Source: an uncultured Alphaproteobacteria bacterium (GTDB lineage Bacteria; Pseudomonadota; Alphaproteobacteria; Rhizobiales; Aestuariivirgaceae). From it: DNA of 64,000 nucleotides. Of this stretch, positions 18,621-29,023 are shown in pieces (the stretch's first letter is position 1; each line of letters opens with the position of its first letter). The notes below the pieces were generated by a model that saw only the letters and a list, made by a program, of their open reading frames with translations, did not search any database and had not been told where the DNA came from. The position numbers and the translations under genes were made by a program. The stretch covers positions 1,480-65,479 of the forward strand of contig CAVZAJ010000020.1 of the NCBI GenBank assembly GCA_963773295.1, read 5' to 3'.

Positions 18621-19253
18621 GTGCATCCTTTCTTCGAAGGACACCGAGCCTATAGCCGGAACGAAATCCGCGCCGATGCCCTGGTTCATGGCGCCGGCCT
18701 TCTCGCAGCGCTTGCGGGCAGCATCGTGTTGCTCGCCCATGCGGGCATCACGTGGGTGCTGGCGGCCTATCTCTTCGGCCTGGTTGTCATGCTGGCCTGT
18801 TCCGCCGCCTATAACCTCACGCCGCCTTCGCAGCTCAAATGGCTTCTGCGCCGCTTCGATCACAGCGCCATTTTCCTGCTGATCGCCGGCACCTACACGC
18901 CGCTGCTGCCGTTTCTGCCGGACGCCGCGCAAGGCTGGAGGCTGGGGCTTGTCATCTGGCTGGGCGCTGCCTTCGGCATGGCGGTGAAAATTCTGTTCCC
19001 CGGCCGTTTCGACCGTCTTGCCATTCTGGTCTATCTCGCCTTGGGCTGGGCCGGCCTCACCGCAGCGGGCGCATTCATGCAGGTTCTGCCGCCGCAGGTC
19101 TTGAACCTGATCATCGCCGGCGGAATTCTCTACACCGCCGGCGTCATTTTTTACATCTGGGAAAGCCTGAAATTCCACAACGCCATCTGGCATGGCTTCG
19201 TGGCCGCAGCCGCCGCCTGCCACTTCGCCGCAATCGCGATGCTTTACTATTGA
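18621..19253 (+). CDS. Hemolysin III/PAQR family membrane protein
   Basis: DHSAIFLLIAGTYTP and HNAIWHGFV motifs; about 7 TM segments. Confidence 0.9.
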   Translation: MHPFFEGHRAYSRNEIRADALVHGAGLLAALAGSIVLLAHAGITWVLAAYLFGLVVMLACSAAYNLTPPSQLKWLLRRFDHSAIFLLIAGTYTPLLPFLPDAAQGWRLGLVIWLGAAFGMAVKILFPGRFDRLAILVYLALGWAGLTAAGAFMQVLPPQVLNLIIAGGILYTAGVIFYIWESLKFHNAIWHGFVAAAAACHFAAIAMLYY

Positions 19254-20629
19254 CGAAGGTTTTCCTTGCGCACCCAGGCCTCGGTCTGGTCCAGCGCCGC
19301 GCCCACCATGTCGAACATCTCGTGAATTTCTTCCGTCGTGATGATCAGCGGCGGGCAGAAGGCCACTGAATCGCCCATGGCGCGGTTGATCAGCCCAAGC
19401 TCCTGCAGGAAGTTTACGCAGGTTGCCCCCACCATTTTCTTCGGCTCAAAGGCCCGCCTGGTTTTCTTGTCGGCCACCAGCTCAAGCGCGCCGATCAAGC
19501 CCACGCCGCGCGCTTCGCCCACCAGCGGATGCTCGGCCAGCTTGTCCAGCCGCGCCTTGAACACCGGCGCCACCTTCCGCACATGTTCGACAATTTTGTC
19601 CCGCTGATAGATCTCGATGGTCTTGAGCGCCACGGCACAGCCCACCGGATGCGCCGTATAGGTGAAGCCATGGCCGAAGGTGCCGATCTTTCTGCTCTCG
19701 TCCACCATGGCCTGATACAGCTCTTCCTCGATGGTGATGGCGCTCATCGGGAAATAGGCCGAGGTGATGGCCTTGGCCATGGAGATCGACGTGGCCTTCA
19801 TCCCGAAGGTCTGCGTGCCGAACCAGTTGCCCGTGCGCCCGAAGCCGCAGATCACTTCATCGGCGATGAAGCGCACGTCGTATTTTTCCAGCACCGCATT
19901 GATCTTCGGGAAATAGCTCATGGGCGGCACTACAACTCCGCCGGCCCCCATCACCGGTTCGGCGATAAACGCCGCAACCGTCTCCGGCCCCTCGCGCTGG
20001 ATCAAATCATCAAGATCCTTCGCCATCCGGTCGGTGAATTGCTCTTCCGTCTCGCCGTCCTGCCCGCCGCGGTAATAATGCGGGCAGGTCGTGTGTAAAA
20101 CATTCTTGATCGGCAGGTCAAAATCCGTATGCACCATGGCAAGCCCGGTGAGCGATCCCGATGCGATGGTGACGCCATGATAACCGCGCAGCCGTGAAAT
20201 GAATTTCTTTTTTTCCGGCTTTCCCCTGGCATTGTTGTAATACCAGGTGAGCTTCATCTGCATGTCATTGGCTTCCGAGCCCGAGGTGCCGAACAAAACC
20301 TTGGACGTGGGGCAGGGCGCAATCTCCTTCAGCTTTTCCGAAAGCTCGATCACCCCGTCATGCGACTTGCCGCCGAACACGTTGCTGAAGGAAAGCTTGC
20401 GCATCGCCTGCGCCGCCGCATCGACAATCTCTTCATTGCCGTAACCCAGCGCCGTGCACCAGAGGCCAGCGAGGCCCTCGATATAGCGCTTGCCCTTGTC
20501 GTCATGGAGATAGATGCCGCGCCCCTCATTGAGGATCAGCGGCCCCACCTCCCGGTGCCGGGCCAGGTTGGTGTAGGGATGCAGCACCGTCTCGATGTCG
20601 CGGTGCGCCATATTGGAAAGCTTGTTCAA
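19247..20629 (-). CDS. Class III aminotransferase (omega-amino acid/polyamine type)
   Basis: LHPYT, GLWC, SGSEAND, YHGVT, AEPVMGAGG, DEVICGFGRTG; TTG start after GGGAGA, or ATG at 20611. Confidence 0.9.
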   Translation of the reverse strand: MNKLSNMAHRDIETVLHPYTNLARHREVGPLILNEGRGIYLHDDKGKRYIEGLAGLWCTALGYGNEEIVDAAAQAMRKLSFSNVFGGKSHDGVIELSEKLKEIAPCPTSKVLFGTSGSEANDMQMKLTWYYNNARGKPEKKKFISRLRGYHGVTIASGSLTGLAMVHTDFDLPIKNVLHTTCPHYYRGGQDGETEEQFTDRMAKDLDDLIQREGPETVAAFIAEPVMGAGGVVVPPMSYFPKINAVLEKYDVRFIADEVICGFGRTGNWFGTQTFGMKATSISMAKAITSAYFPMSAITIEEELYQAMVDESRKIGTFGHGFTYTAHPVGCAVALKTIEIYQRDKIVEHVRKVAPVFKARLDKLAEHPLVGEARGVGLIGALELVADKKTRRAFEPKKMVGATCVNFLQELGLINRAMGDSVAFCPPLIITTEEIHEMFDMVGAALDQTEAWVRKENLRQ

Positions 20630-20761
20630 AATTGTCTCCCATTTCCTTCCGTTAATACGGGCCTTGTCACCCGCCTGTCCAGACAAGCTTTGCTCGGCAG
20701 CGTCAACGGCCTTGCATAGCTCTCTGCAATTACCTATCTCGAATCCAGTTGCAGGCGGAAT

Positions 20762-21673
20762 GTGGACAAGGTGGCCGGTGTGGATCGTGACGCGCAAGGC
20801 AATCTGGTGGCCGTGCGGCATTGCGCCGGACGCCAGCAGGCCGAACATTATGCCCTGGTCTTGAGCGCCATGGGAATGCAATCATCGATTACGCGGCAAG
20901 GCAAATACATGGCGCTGAATGTCGCGCCTGAGGACGCCGCAAGGGCCAATGCCGAACTCGCGGCCTATGACCGCGAAAACCGCGCGGGCCCGCCGGAGAA
21001 AGAATGGTTGTTCCCCGGGTTGCCGCGCATCGAAGTGGCGATGGTCTACTGGGTCATCCTGCTGTTCTTTTTCGCTGCCGCGCGTAACGGCGCATTTTCT
21101 TTTGACTGGCTTGGTGAAGGGGCGGTCCAGTCCGGACTGATGCTCAAGGGGGAGTGGTGGCGCGCCGTCACGGCCTTGTGCCTGCACGAGAGCGGCGCTC
21201 ATCTTCTCGCCAATCTTGTATTCGGCACCGTCTTTCTGATGCTTCTGGCCCAGGTCACCGGAGCCGGCGTCGCAGCACTTGCAACGCTTGCCGCGGGCGC
21301 GGCGGGAAACGTTCTGAGTGCTCTCGTCCAGTCACCGGCGCACACGTCGATCGGCGCTTCAACGGCGATATTTGCCAGCCTCGGCCTGCTCGCCGCATTG
21401 CGGCAAGTGAGGCGCCGGGATCACGCGCTCTCCGCCCTCCGCGACTGGACGCCCGTGGCGGGCGGCTTCGCATTGCTGGCATTCCTGGGTTTCAGCGGAG
21501 AAAATACCGACATCCTTGCCCATGTGCTGGGCTTTGGATCGGGTCTCGCGGCGGGCTGGCTTTTGGCGAGATGGGACCGCGACTGGACCGTTGATCGTGG
21601 CGTGCAGGTGACGTGCGCGGCAGCCGCCGGTGCTATCGTCGTTTTCGCCTGGGCCGCGGCGGCTCTGGCCTGA
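20762..21673 (+). CDS. Rhomboid family intramembrane serine protease
   Basis: WWR, H...HL.AN, GAST and AHVLG motifs. Confidence 0.88.
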   Translation: MDKVAGVDRDAQGNLVAVRHCAGRQQAEHYALVLSAMGMQSSITRQGKYMALNVAPEDAARANAELAAYDRENRAGPPEKEWLFPGLPRIEVAMVYWVILLFFFAAARNGAFSFDWLGEGAVQSGLMLKGEWWRAVTALCLHESGAHLLANLVFGTVFLMLLAQVTGAGVAALATLAAGAAGNVLSALVQSPAHTSIGASTAIFASLGLLAALRQVRRRDHALSALRDWTPVAGGFALLAFLGFSGENTDILAHVLGFGSGLAAGWLLARWDRDWTVDRGVQVTCAAAAGAIVVFAWAAAALA

Positions 21674-21715
21674 GGACCGCGGGATGACCTTCACCTGCGG
21701 CCAGGCCAATCTGCA

Positions 21716-23020
21716 TCAATTCCCCAGCAGCGCCGCTTCCAGAATATCCAGACCCTCGTCCAAAACCGCGTCGGAAGCCGTCAGCGGCGTCAGCAGCCGC
21801 ACCGTATCGGCGTAAATTCCGCACGTGAGAATGAGCAGCCCGCGCTCCAGGCACTTGGCCGCCAGCGCCTTGGCACCCGCCGCATCGGGCTTGTTGCCGC
21901 CATGCTCGGTGACAAGTTCGAAGGCGCACATGGCCCCAAGCCCGCGCACATCGCCGATCGCCATGCCGCGCCCCTTGGCCTTGATCGCCTTCATCCGCGC
22001 CATGATTTTCTTGCCCTGCGCCTCGGCCTTTTCCATCAGGCCTTCCTGCTCGAAGGCTTCGAACACGCCGAGCGCGGCGGCGCACGCCACCGGATTGCCC
22101 GCATAGGTGCCGCCGATGCCGCCGGGGTCCGGCGCATCCATGATCTTGGCCCGGCCGATGACACCCGCCAGCGGAAAACCGCCCGCCAGCGATTTGGCAA
22201 CCGTGACCAGATCGGGCTCCACGCCGAAATGCTCCATCGCAAACCATTTGCCCGTGCGCCCGAAACCCGACTGGATTTCGTCGGCAATCAGCAGAATGCC
22301 GTGTTCGTCGCAAAGCTTGCGCAGCCGCACCATAAGTTCCTTGGGCGCCACGTAAAATCCGCCTTCGCCCTGCACCGGCTCGATGATGATGGCGGCCACC
22401 CGCGATGGCTCGACATCGCATTTGAACAGCAGTTCGATGGCGTGGATCGAATCCTCGACGCTGATTCCCTTGTGCTCAACCGGAAACGGCACATGCCAGA
22501 TGCCGCCGGGCATCGGCCCGAACTTCACCTTGTAGGGCAGAACCTTTCCCGTCAGCGCCATGCCCAGCAATGTGCGGCCATGAAAGCCGCCATGGAAGGC
22601 GATGACATCGGACCGCCCGGTGTAGCAGCGGGCATATTTCACGGCATTTTCAACCGCCTCGGCGCCGGTGGTGACAAGCGCCGACTTGTTTTCGCCCTTC
22701 ATCGGCGCAATGGCGTTGAGCTTCTCGCAGAGCTCGACGAACGGCGCATAGGGCATGACCATGGCGCAGGTGTGGGTGAATTTTTCCAGCTGCTCATAAA
22801 CCCGCTTCATCACCAGCGGATGCCGGTGGCCGGTGTTGACCACCGCAATGCCGCCGCCGAAATCCACATAGCGGTTGCCTTCAATGTCCCAGATTTCAGA
22901 GTTTTCGGCCCGCGCCGCCATCACCGCAGCGCCCATGCCGACGCCCCGCGAAACCGCCTTGGCGCGCCGCTCCACCCACTGCTTGTTCATGCCGGGTGCG
23001 GATGTGACGGGTGCATTCAT
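21716..23020 (-). CDS. gabT: 4-aminobutyrate--2-oxoglutarate transaminase
   Basis: DFGGGIAV.NTGH, TGAEAVENAVK, EPVQGEGG, DEIQSGFGRTG and GGTYAGNP motifs. Confidence 0.9.
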   Translation of the reverse strand: MNAPVTSAPGMNKQWVERRAKAVSRGVGMGAAVMAARAENSEIWDIEGNRYVDFGGGIAVVNTGHRHPLVMKRVYEQLEKFTHTCAMVMPYAPFVELCEKLNAIAPMKGENKSALVTTGAEAVENAVKYARCYTGRSDVIAFHGGFHGRTLLGMALTGKVLPYKVKFGPMPGGIWHVPFPVEHKGISVEDSIHAIELLFKCDVEPSRVAAIIIEPVQGEGGFYVAPKELMVRLRKLCDEHGILLIADEIQSGFGRTGKWFAMEHFGVEPDLVTVAKSLAGGFPLAGVIGRAKIMDAPDPGGIGGTYAGNPVACAAALGVFEAFEQEGLMEKAEAQGKKIMARMKAIKAKGRGMAIGDVRGLGAMCAFELVTEHGGNKPDAAGAKALAAKCLERGLLILTCGIYADTVRLLTPLTASDAVLDEGLDILEAALLGN

Positions 23021-23104
23021 GATTGTCTCCTGGCTGAAATATGGGCACTCTTTACTCTTTCCCGCCCCATAAGGGCAAACAGTTTCACTTTACAGGAATG
23101 CCAG

Positions 23105-24523
23105 ATGTCCGAACTCTTTAGGTCCACCGCCATTGAAATCCGCGCAGGCTTGCAAAGCGGGGAAATCTCCCCCCTCGATTGCCTCGACGCACTGGAAGCC
23201 CGCATTGCCGCCGTGGACAGCAAGGTCAATGCCTTGCCGACTTTGTGTTTTGACCGGGCCCGCGACCATGCCCGCGAGCTGATGAAAAAACCCATGAGCG
23301 AACGCGGCGTGCTCTTGGGTCTTCCCGTGCCCATCAAGGACTTGAGCGATGTCGCCGGCGTCCGCTCAACGCAAGGCTCCCCCATTTTCGCCAACCGCAT
23401 TGCCCCTACCTCCGATGTCATGGTCACCCATCTGGAAAAAAACGGCGCCATTGTTTACGCCATGTCGAACACCCCGGAATTCGGGGCAGGGGCCAACACC
23501 TTCAATGAAGTCTTTGGCCGCACCCTGAACCCATGGAATACCTCGCGCTCCGCCGCCGGCTCATCGGGCGGTGCGGCCGTTGCCCTGGCCACGGGCACCG
23601 CCTGGCTGGCCCAGGGCTCCGATCTCGGCGGATCCTTGCGAAACCCCGCCAGTTTTTGCGGCGTCGTGGGCCTGCGGCCGTCACCCGGCCGGGTCGCCGC
23701 CAGCGTGGCCAGCAAGATCGATTCAACCCTCGGCATCGAAGGTCCCATGGCCCGCAATGTCGAAGACCTGGCGCTCCTCTTCGACGCCATGGTGGGCGAG
23801 GAGCCTGCCGATCCAATCTCGCTCCCGTCGGATGGAACGTCATATCTGAAAGCCGCCCGCTCCGGCTGGAAGCCGAAGCGTGTCGCCGTCAGCCGCGATC
23901 TCGGCATCTCACCCGTTGACCCCGAAGTGGCCGATATCGTTATGAAGGCCGCCCGCCAGTTTGAGCAGGCGGGCGTCATCGTCGAGGAGGCCCACCCGGA
24001 CTTCCATGAGGCGATGGAGTGCTCCCAGACGCTTCGCGCCCTTTCCTATGCCGTGGGCATGCGCAGCCTTCTGGAAAACCACCGCGCCCAGCTTAAGCCC
24101 GAAGTCATCTGGAATATCGAGAAGGGCCTGGCGCTGACCGGAGCGGAAATTTCCCGCGCCGAGGCCCAGCGCGGCGCCATGTTCCAGCGCGCCCGGAAGT
24201 TCTTTGAAACCTATGATCTGCTCCTCTGCCCAACCACCATTGTTCCTCCCTTTCCGGTTGAACAGCGCTACGTGACCGAATGTAACGGAACGAAATTCGA
24301 AACCTACGTGGACTGGCTCGTCATCGTCTCCGCCATCACGCTTGTGGCTTGCCCCGCCATCTCAATCCCCGCCGGCTTCACCAAAGAAAACCTTCCCGTC
24401 GGCATTCAGCTCATCGCAGGCCCAAGAGGCGAAGCAAGGCTTTTAGCCTCTGCCAGATTGCTTGAGAAGCTGTTGGGGCTGGCAGCGCTTGTCCCGATTG
24501 ATCCCCGGCAAATGTCCGGATAA
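23105..24523 (+). CDS. Amidase (amidase signature family)
   Basis: PIKD, AGSSGGAA and GSDLGGSLRNPA motifs; start placed at MSELF. Confidence 0.92.
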   Translation: MSELFRSTAIEIRAGLQSGEISPLDCLDALEARIAAVDSKVNALPTLCFDRARDHARELMKKPMSERGVLLGLPVPIKDLSDVAGVRSTQGSPIFANRIAPTSDVMVTHLEKNGAIVYAMSNTPEFGAGANTFNEVFGRTLNPWNTSRSAAGSSGGAAVALATGTAWLAQGSDLGGSLRNPASFCGVVGLRPSPGRVAASVASKIDSTLGIEGPMARNVEDLALLFDAMVGEEPADPISLPSDGTSYLKAARSGWKPKRVAVSRDLGISPVDPEVADIVMKAARQFEQAGVIVEEAHPDFHEAMECSQTLRALSYAVGMRSLLENHRAQLKPEVIWNIEKGLALTGAEISRAEAQRGAMFQRARKFFETYDLLLCPTTIVPPFPVEQRYVTECNGTKFETYVDWLVIVSAITLVACPAISIPAGFTKENLPVGIQLIAGPRGEARLLASARLLEKLLGLAALVPIDPRQMSG

Positions 24524-24914
24524 GCGCCGCGAGCTCCGGCTCTTCGACCAGTGCCAAAGCTTCCGCAGGCGAAAACCATTGCCGCGCCCGTTCATGCGCT
24601 TCCGGCCACAGGTCCAGAACCTCGGTCACTTCCATGGCAAACACGTCAACCCGGAAGCGCTTCCGCGCGCCGCCGCGCTGGCGTTTGCCGTAGGTGTAAT
24701 GACCCATCGCCAGGGCCGCCATCTGCCCGCGGATTCCCGCCTCCTCATAGGCTTCCTGGGCGGCACTCTCGGCGGCGCTGAGCGCAGGAATAGGCCAGCC
24801 CTTGGGAATAACCCAGCGCCTGGTTTCGCGTGAGGTGATCAGCAGGATTTCAAGGCCCGGCGCCTGCCGCCAGGGCAGCGCCGCATACTGTTGTGAAGGG
24901 CCAATCTCTTTCAT
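24411..24914 (-). CDS. NUDIX hydrolase (DIPP-like)
   Basis: LITSRETRRWVIPKG and AAQEAYEEAG Nudix box. Confidence 0.9.
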   Translation of the reverse strand: MKEIGPSQQYAALPWRQAPGLEILLITSRETRRWVIPKGWPIPALSAAESAAQEAYEEAGIRGQMAALAMGHYTYGKRQRGGARKRFRVDVFAMEVTEVLDLWPEAHERARQWFSPAEALALVEEPELAALIRTFAGDQSGQALPAPTASQAIWQRLKALLRLLGLR

Positions 24915-25918
24915 GCGAACAGGGTGACGGAAATCCAATAGGTAAGGGCCGCGATCAGCGCCGCCATCGGTAAAGTAACGACCCAGGCAACGACAATGCC
25001 TTGCGCAATGTTCCAGCGCACCGCGGAAACCCGCCGCGACGCGCCAACTCCAACGATGGCCCCCGTGATGGTATGCGTAGTCGAAACCGGAATGCCCATC
25101 GCGGTTGCGCTAAACAGCGTTAGGGCGCCCGCCGTTTCGGCGCAGAAACCCTGCATGGGCGAAAGCCGGGTGATTTTTGAGCCCATGGTGTGAACAATCC
25201 GCCAGCCGCCAAACAGGGTGCCAAGGGCCATTGCGGCCTGGCAGCTCAGCACGACCCAGAACGGAACGTTGAATTCATCGCCGCCCACGCCATGCGAGTA
25301 AAGCAGCACCGCGATGATGCCCATGGTCTTCTGCGCGTCATTGCCGCCATGGCCCAGCGAATAGAGCGACGCTGAAACGAATTGCAGCCGGCGGAAAGTC
25401 GCGTCGGCAAAACCCGGGCTGGACTTCACGAAGCTCCACGCCACGATGAAGACGAAGAAGATCGCCAGGAAAAAGCCGGTGGCCGGCGAAAGCACGATGG
25501 CCGCAACCGTCTTGCCGAGGCCGCTCCATAAAACAGCGCCGAAGCCCGCCTTGGCCATGCCAGCCCCGACTATGCCGCCGATCAAGGCATGCGAGCTTGA
25601 GGAGGGAATGCCGCCAAGCCAGGTAATGACGTTCCATGCAATGGCCCCGGTTAACGCTCCGAGGATGACGAAATCATCGATGAGGTCAGGGGCCACAATG
25701 CCGGAGCCAACCGTCTTGGCCACATGCAGGCCAAAGAACATGAAGGCGATGAAATTGAAAAAAGCCGCCCAGAACACCGCGTATTGCGGCCGCAGCACGC
25801 GTGTCGAAACAATCGTCGCAATTGAATTTGCTGCATCATGCAGGCCGTTCAGGAAATCGAACACCAGCGCCACGCCGATCAGGAAAATCAGGAAAAACGT
25901 AAAGCTGCCGGCGTCCAT
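24911..25918 (-). CDS. pit: Inorganic phosphate transporter, PiT family
   Basis: GLHDAANSIAT, PSSSSHA, HGGNDAQK and PVSTTH motifs. Confidence 0.95.
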   Translation of the reverse strand: MDAGSFTFFLIFLIGVALVFDFLNGLHDAANSIATIVSTRVLRPQYAVFWAAFFNFIAFMFFGLHVAKTVGSGIVAPDLIDDFVILGALTGAIAWNVITWLGGIPSSSSHALIGGIVGAGMAKAGFGAVLWSGLGKTVAAIVLSPATGFFLAIFFVFIVAWSFVKSSPGFADATFRRLQFVSASLYSLGHGGNDAQKTMGIIAVLLYSHGVGGDEFNVPFWVVLSCQAAMALGTLFGGWRIVHTMGSKITRLSPMQGFCAETAGALTLFSATAMGIPVSTTHTITGAIVGVGASRRVSAVRWNIAQGIVVAWVVTLPMAALIAALTYWISVTLFA

Positions 25919-26562
25919 TACATGTGCTCGATCACGATGCCGCTCATCGTATTGGCGACGTCCTCAAACCGGTCAGCTACTTTCTCGAGGTGGCTGTAGA
26001 TTTCCGAACCGATGATGAAGGCCATCGGATCTTTGCGGCCCTTGGTGGTCAGCAGGCGTTTGAGGCCGTTGTCATGCACATGGTCGGAGTCTTCTTCGAT
26101 CTGCGCAATCTCGCCGGCCAGCGCAATCAGCCGGTTCGCATTCGGGTTCATCTGGCGCAGCAGCGGCACGGCCTCGGCGGTAAGGGCTGCGGCCCGGATG
26201 ATCTGGTCGCCCATCAGGCGCATTTCCGGCTCGAATGTCTTGATCTCGAACAGGAGCACGGCCTTGGCGGTTTTGTTCATCTGGTCGATGGCATCATCCA
26301 TCGCCGTGATAAGCCCCTTGATGTCGCCCCGGTCGAAAGGCGTGATGAAACTGCGCCGGATAGCCTGCAGGACTTCGTGGGCGATGGCGTCAGCCTCTTC
26401 CTCCTGGCCCATCAGGGTTTTGCACAGGGAGCCCACCTCAGGCCCACCGTCAAGCAGCTGGCGCAGCGTCAGCGATCCCGCCGTAAGGCAACCGGCATGG
26501 GCTTCGAACATGCCGAAAAACCGCTCTTCCTTCGGCATGATTTTCTTGAAAAGATTAAACAT
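25918..26562 (-). CDS. DUF47/PhoU-like Pit accessory protein
   Basis: EEEAD...FITPFDRGDI and LEKVADRFEDVA motifs; directly upstream of pit. Confidence 0.9.
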   Translation of the reverse strand: MFNLFKKIMPKEERFFGMFEAHAGCLTAGSLTLRQLLDGGPEVGSLCKTLMGQEEEADAIAHEVLQAIRRSFITPFDRGDIKGLITAMDDAIDQMNKTAKAVLLFEIKTFEPEMRLMGDQIIRAAALTAEAVPLLRQMNPNANRLIALAGEIAQIEEDSDHVHDNGLKRLLTTKGRKDPMAFIIGSEIYSHLEKVADRFEDVANTMSGIVIEHM

Positions 26563-26745
26563 CAGCCCAGCCCCCGATTCGCCTGATCTCCTGCTTGAAC
26601 CCCTTAGCCTCCACCCCATGCGGGGTAAAGTCAGTCTCAGTTCACTGGCCCGGAAAACTATCCGCTCCGAGATGGCAAAGTTCGGCAGCGCGGCGTCCGG
26701 CGGGTCGGCCTGGCGATACGGCTCCGACGGGGCAAAAATTGGCCC

Positions 26746-27633
26746 CTAATTTCTTGAAAAATATCGCCCATCCCGCAGCTCAATGCGCCCCTTTTCCATC
26801 AGGTGTTCAAGATGCGCCAGGGTCGAAAGCCCCGCCGCCCCATGCAGGCGCGGGTCAACATCCGCATAGATATTCGCCACGATCGCGGCAATCACCCCGT
26901 CGCCTGCCTGCACCCGGTTGAAAATCGCTGCCTCGCGCATCTTCCGGTGCGCCAGGATGGCCCGCACCAACCCCAAGGGTTTGCGCTTTTCCGGTCCATG
27001 CGCCGGGTAATAGATGGCCTCATCCCGTTTCAGAAGTTTCCGCAGCGAGCCCATGTAATCATTCATGTTTCCGTCCGGCGGCGCCACCACTGTCGTGGCC
27101 CAGGCCATCACATGGTCGCCCACCAGCAGGGCCTTCTCGGCGCGCAAGCCGAAGCTCATGTGATTGGACATATGGCCCGGCGTAAAAACCGCTTCCAGGG
27201 CCCAGCCTTTTCCCTCCACACTATCGCCGTCGCGCAGCGAAACCTCCGGCGTGAACCCATGGTCAACGCTGGCATCCAGCCGCATACCGGAATCCACCGC
27301 TGATTTTGCTGGCGGAATCGCGCCGTAAGTCTTCGCTCCCGTAGCCGCGCTGAGCTTCGCCGCCAGCGGCGAATGATCCATATGCGTGTGCGTCACCAGA
27401 ATATGGCTGACCGTTTCACCGCGCACCGCGTTCAACACCGCCGCCAGATGCGCCGCGTCGTCGGGCCCCGGATCGATGATCGCAACGCTTTGATGTCCAA
27501 CGATAAAAGTGTTCGTCCCCGTGAAGGTGAAAGGCCCCGGATTGTTGCAGGTAATTCTCCGGATAAGGGGCGAAAGCGCCACCGCCGTTTCGAACGGCGG
27601 TTCAAAATTCCTGTCGAATTTGATCTTGTCCAT
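26746..27633 (-). CDS. MBL-fold metallo-hydrolase (LACTB2-like)
   Basis: NPGPFTFTGTN, THTHMDH, TPGH, GDH and PAHG motifs. Confidence 0.92.
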   Translation of the reverse strand: MDKIKFDRNFEPPFETAVALSPLIRRITCNNPGPFTFTGTNTFIVGHQSVAIIDPGPDDAAHLAAVLNAVRGETVSHILVTHTHMDHSPLAAKLSAATGAKTYGAIPPAKSAVDSGMRLDASVDHGFTPEVSLRDGDSVEGKGWALEAVFTPGHMSNHMSFGLRAEKALLVGDHVMAWATTVVAPPDGNMNDYMGSLRKLLKRDEAIYYPAHGPEKRKPLGLVRAILAHRKMREAAIFNRVQAGDGVIAAIVANIYADVDPRLHGAAGLSTLAHLEHLMEKGRIELRDGRYFSRN

Positions 27634-27715
27634 GAAGCCAAAGTCTTGGTTGCGCCCGGTGGCCAACCCAATTAAAGGAGTGCCATCACGAACCAGGTTA
27701 GAGGGAACCGAACAG

Positions 27716-28327
27716 ATGGGCACTTCAAATCTTACGCTTGCCGGTCGTCTTTGGCCTGCCTCATCGGTGAACTGGACCCGCACAATCCTGCTGGCCATTA
27801 TCGGCAGCATGATTGTGGCCATCTCCGCCCAGGTCAGCGTGCCCATGCTTCCGGTGCCCATGACCCTGCAAACCCTGGCTGTTTTGGCCGTGGGCGCCGC
27901 CTATGGCGCAAGGCTCGGTGCCGTTACCCTTGCTCTCTATGCCTTGGAGGGCGCCGCCGGCCTTCCGGTTTTCGCCGACTTCCAGGCCGGCCTCTTCCTG
28001 CCAACCGGTGAAATCATCGCAACCGGCGGCTATATCATTGGCTTCATCGTGGCCGCCGGCCTCGTCGGCCATCTCGTCGAAAAAGGCTGGGGCGCCAACA
28101 TTGCGAAGCTTTGCGGCGCCATGCTGCTCGGCGCCGCCGTTCTCTATGTCCCCGGTCTCATCTGGCTGACTGGCTGGCTCTGCGTCATGAAGGGCATGGA
28201 TGCCGTGTCAGCCGTTACGGTTGCTTTCAGCAGCGGCCTGTTGCCCTTCATATTCGGCGATATCATCAAGGCCGTGCTGGCCGCTCTTGCGTTCCCGGCG
28301 GCCTTCTCGCTCCTGGGCCGCCGCTGA
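27716..28327 (+). CDS. bioY: Biotin transporter BioY
   Basis: PVPMTLQT, GAAGLPVFA, TGGYIIGF and PFIFGDIIK motifs. Confidence 0.92.
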   Translation: MGTSNLTLAGRLWPASSVNWTRTILLAIIGSMIVAISAQVSVPMLPVPMTLQTLAVLAVGAAYGARLGAVTLALYALEGAAGLPVFADFQAGLFLPTGEIIATGGYIIGFIVAAGLVGHLVEKGWGANIAKLCGAMLLGAAVLYVPGLIWLTGWLCVMKGMDAVSAVTVAFSSGLLPFIFGDIIKAVLAALAFPAAFSLLGRR

Positions 28328-28337
28328 ATTCAAGAAT

Positions 28338-28414
28338 TGGTCGGAGTGAGAGGATTCGAACCTCCGACCCCCTGCTCCCGAAGCAGGTGCGCTACCAGAC
28401 TGCGCTACACTCCG
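28338..28414 (-). tRNA. tRNA-Pro(CGG)
   Basis: CGGAGTGTAGCGCAGTCTGGTAGCGCACCTGCTTCGGGAGCAGG...GTTCGAATCC...CCA cloverleaf. Confidence 0.97.
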
Positions 28415-28428
28415 ACAATTTGGCACAG

Positions 28429-28490
28429 CTTATAGTCACCGGGAATTCCTTGTGCAAGTTGTTGCGGGGGGCAGGTGGCTCAGCTATAGG
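28429..28490. promoter_or_regulatory. Back-to-back sigma70 promoters for the two tRNAs
   Basis: Minus strand TTGCAC-N17-TATAAG (28457-28429); plus strand TTGCGG-N17-TATAGG (28462-28490). Confidence 0.6.
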
Positions 28491-28500
28491 GGGCAGCGTT

Positions 28501-28575
28501 TGGGGCGTCGCCAAGCGGTAAGGCAGCGGATTTTGATTCCGCCATACGGAGGTTCGATCCCTCCCGCCCCAGCCA
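28501..28575 (+). tRNA. tRNA-Gln(TTG)
   Basis: TGGGGCG acceptor stem, GCGGA-TTTTGAT-TCCGC anticodon arm, GGTTCGATCC, CCA end. Confidence 0.97.
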
Positions 28576-29023
28576 TTAGTTCCTGCACAAGGAATATCAT
28601 TTTTGAGCATCAGAGATAGTGGCGACATATCCGCGGCTTATCAGATAAGGCCCGCTTCAATCATGGCCCCGAAGTGCAAAAGTTGCCCCTGCGTTTCTAT
28701 AACTGAGCAACGGGCGATCGCCGGATTTTCAGCTATTTGCCTGTCCGCACCTGGAGTTTTAGCTGCCGTCAATAGCGGGATGTGGCATTTCCACTAAGGG
28801 CCAAGAGCACACCTTTGTACCATCTCAGCAACTTGTCGTCTCATTGACCTGAATGACTGGCGTAAAAATTTTGATTTCCGCGCTCTCGCCCTGACAATTG
28901 CGAAGTGGCCCGAGCGGGATTTTCTACCAGTTGGGATGAGGTCGTACGCCTGTTTGCGGGTCGGTCGAGAGTACTGGTTTCCAGGGAGATGTCGACCGCT
29001 ACCGGTGGACATTAGCAATGGCC

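Noticed and set aside
21902-23104. 400-aa N-terminal extension of the amidase (873-aa ORF)
   Set aside because: Antisense shadow of gabT; amidase homology starts at 23105
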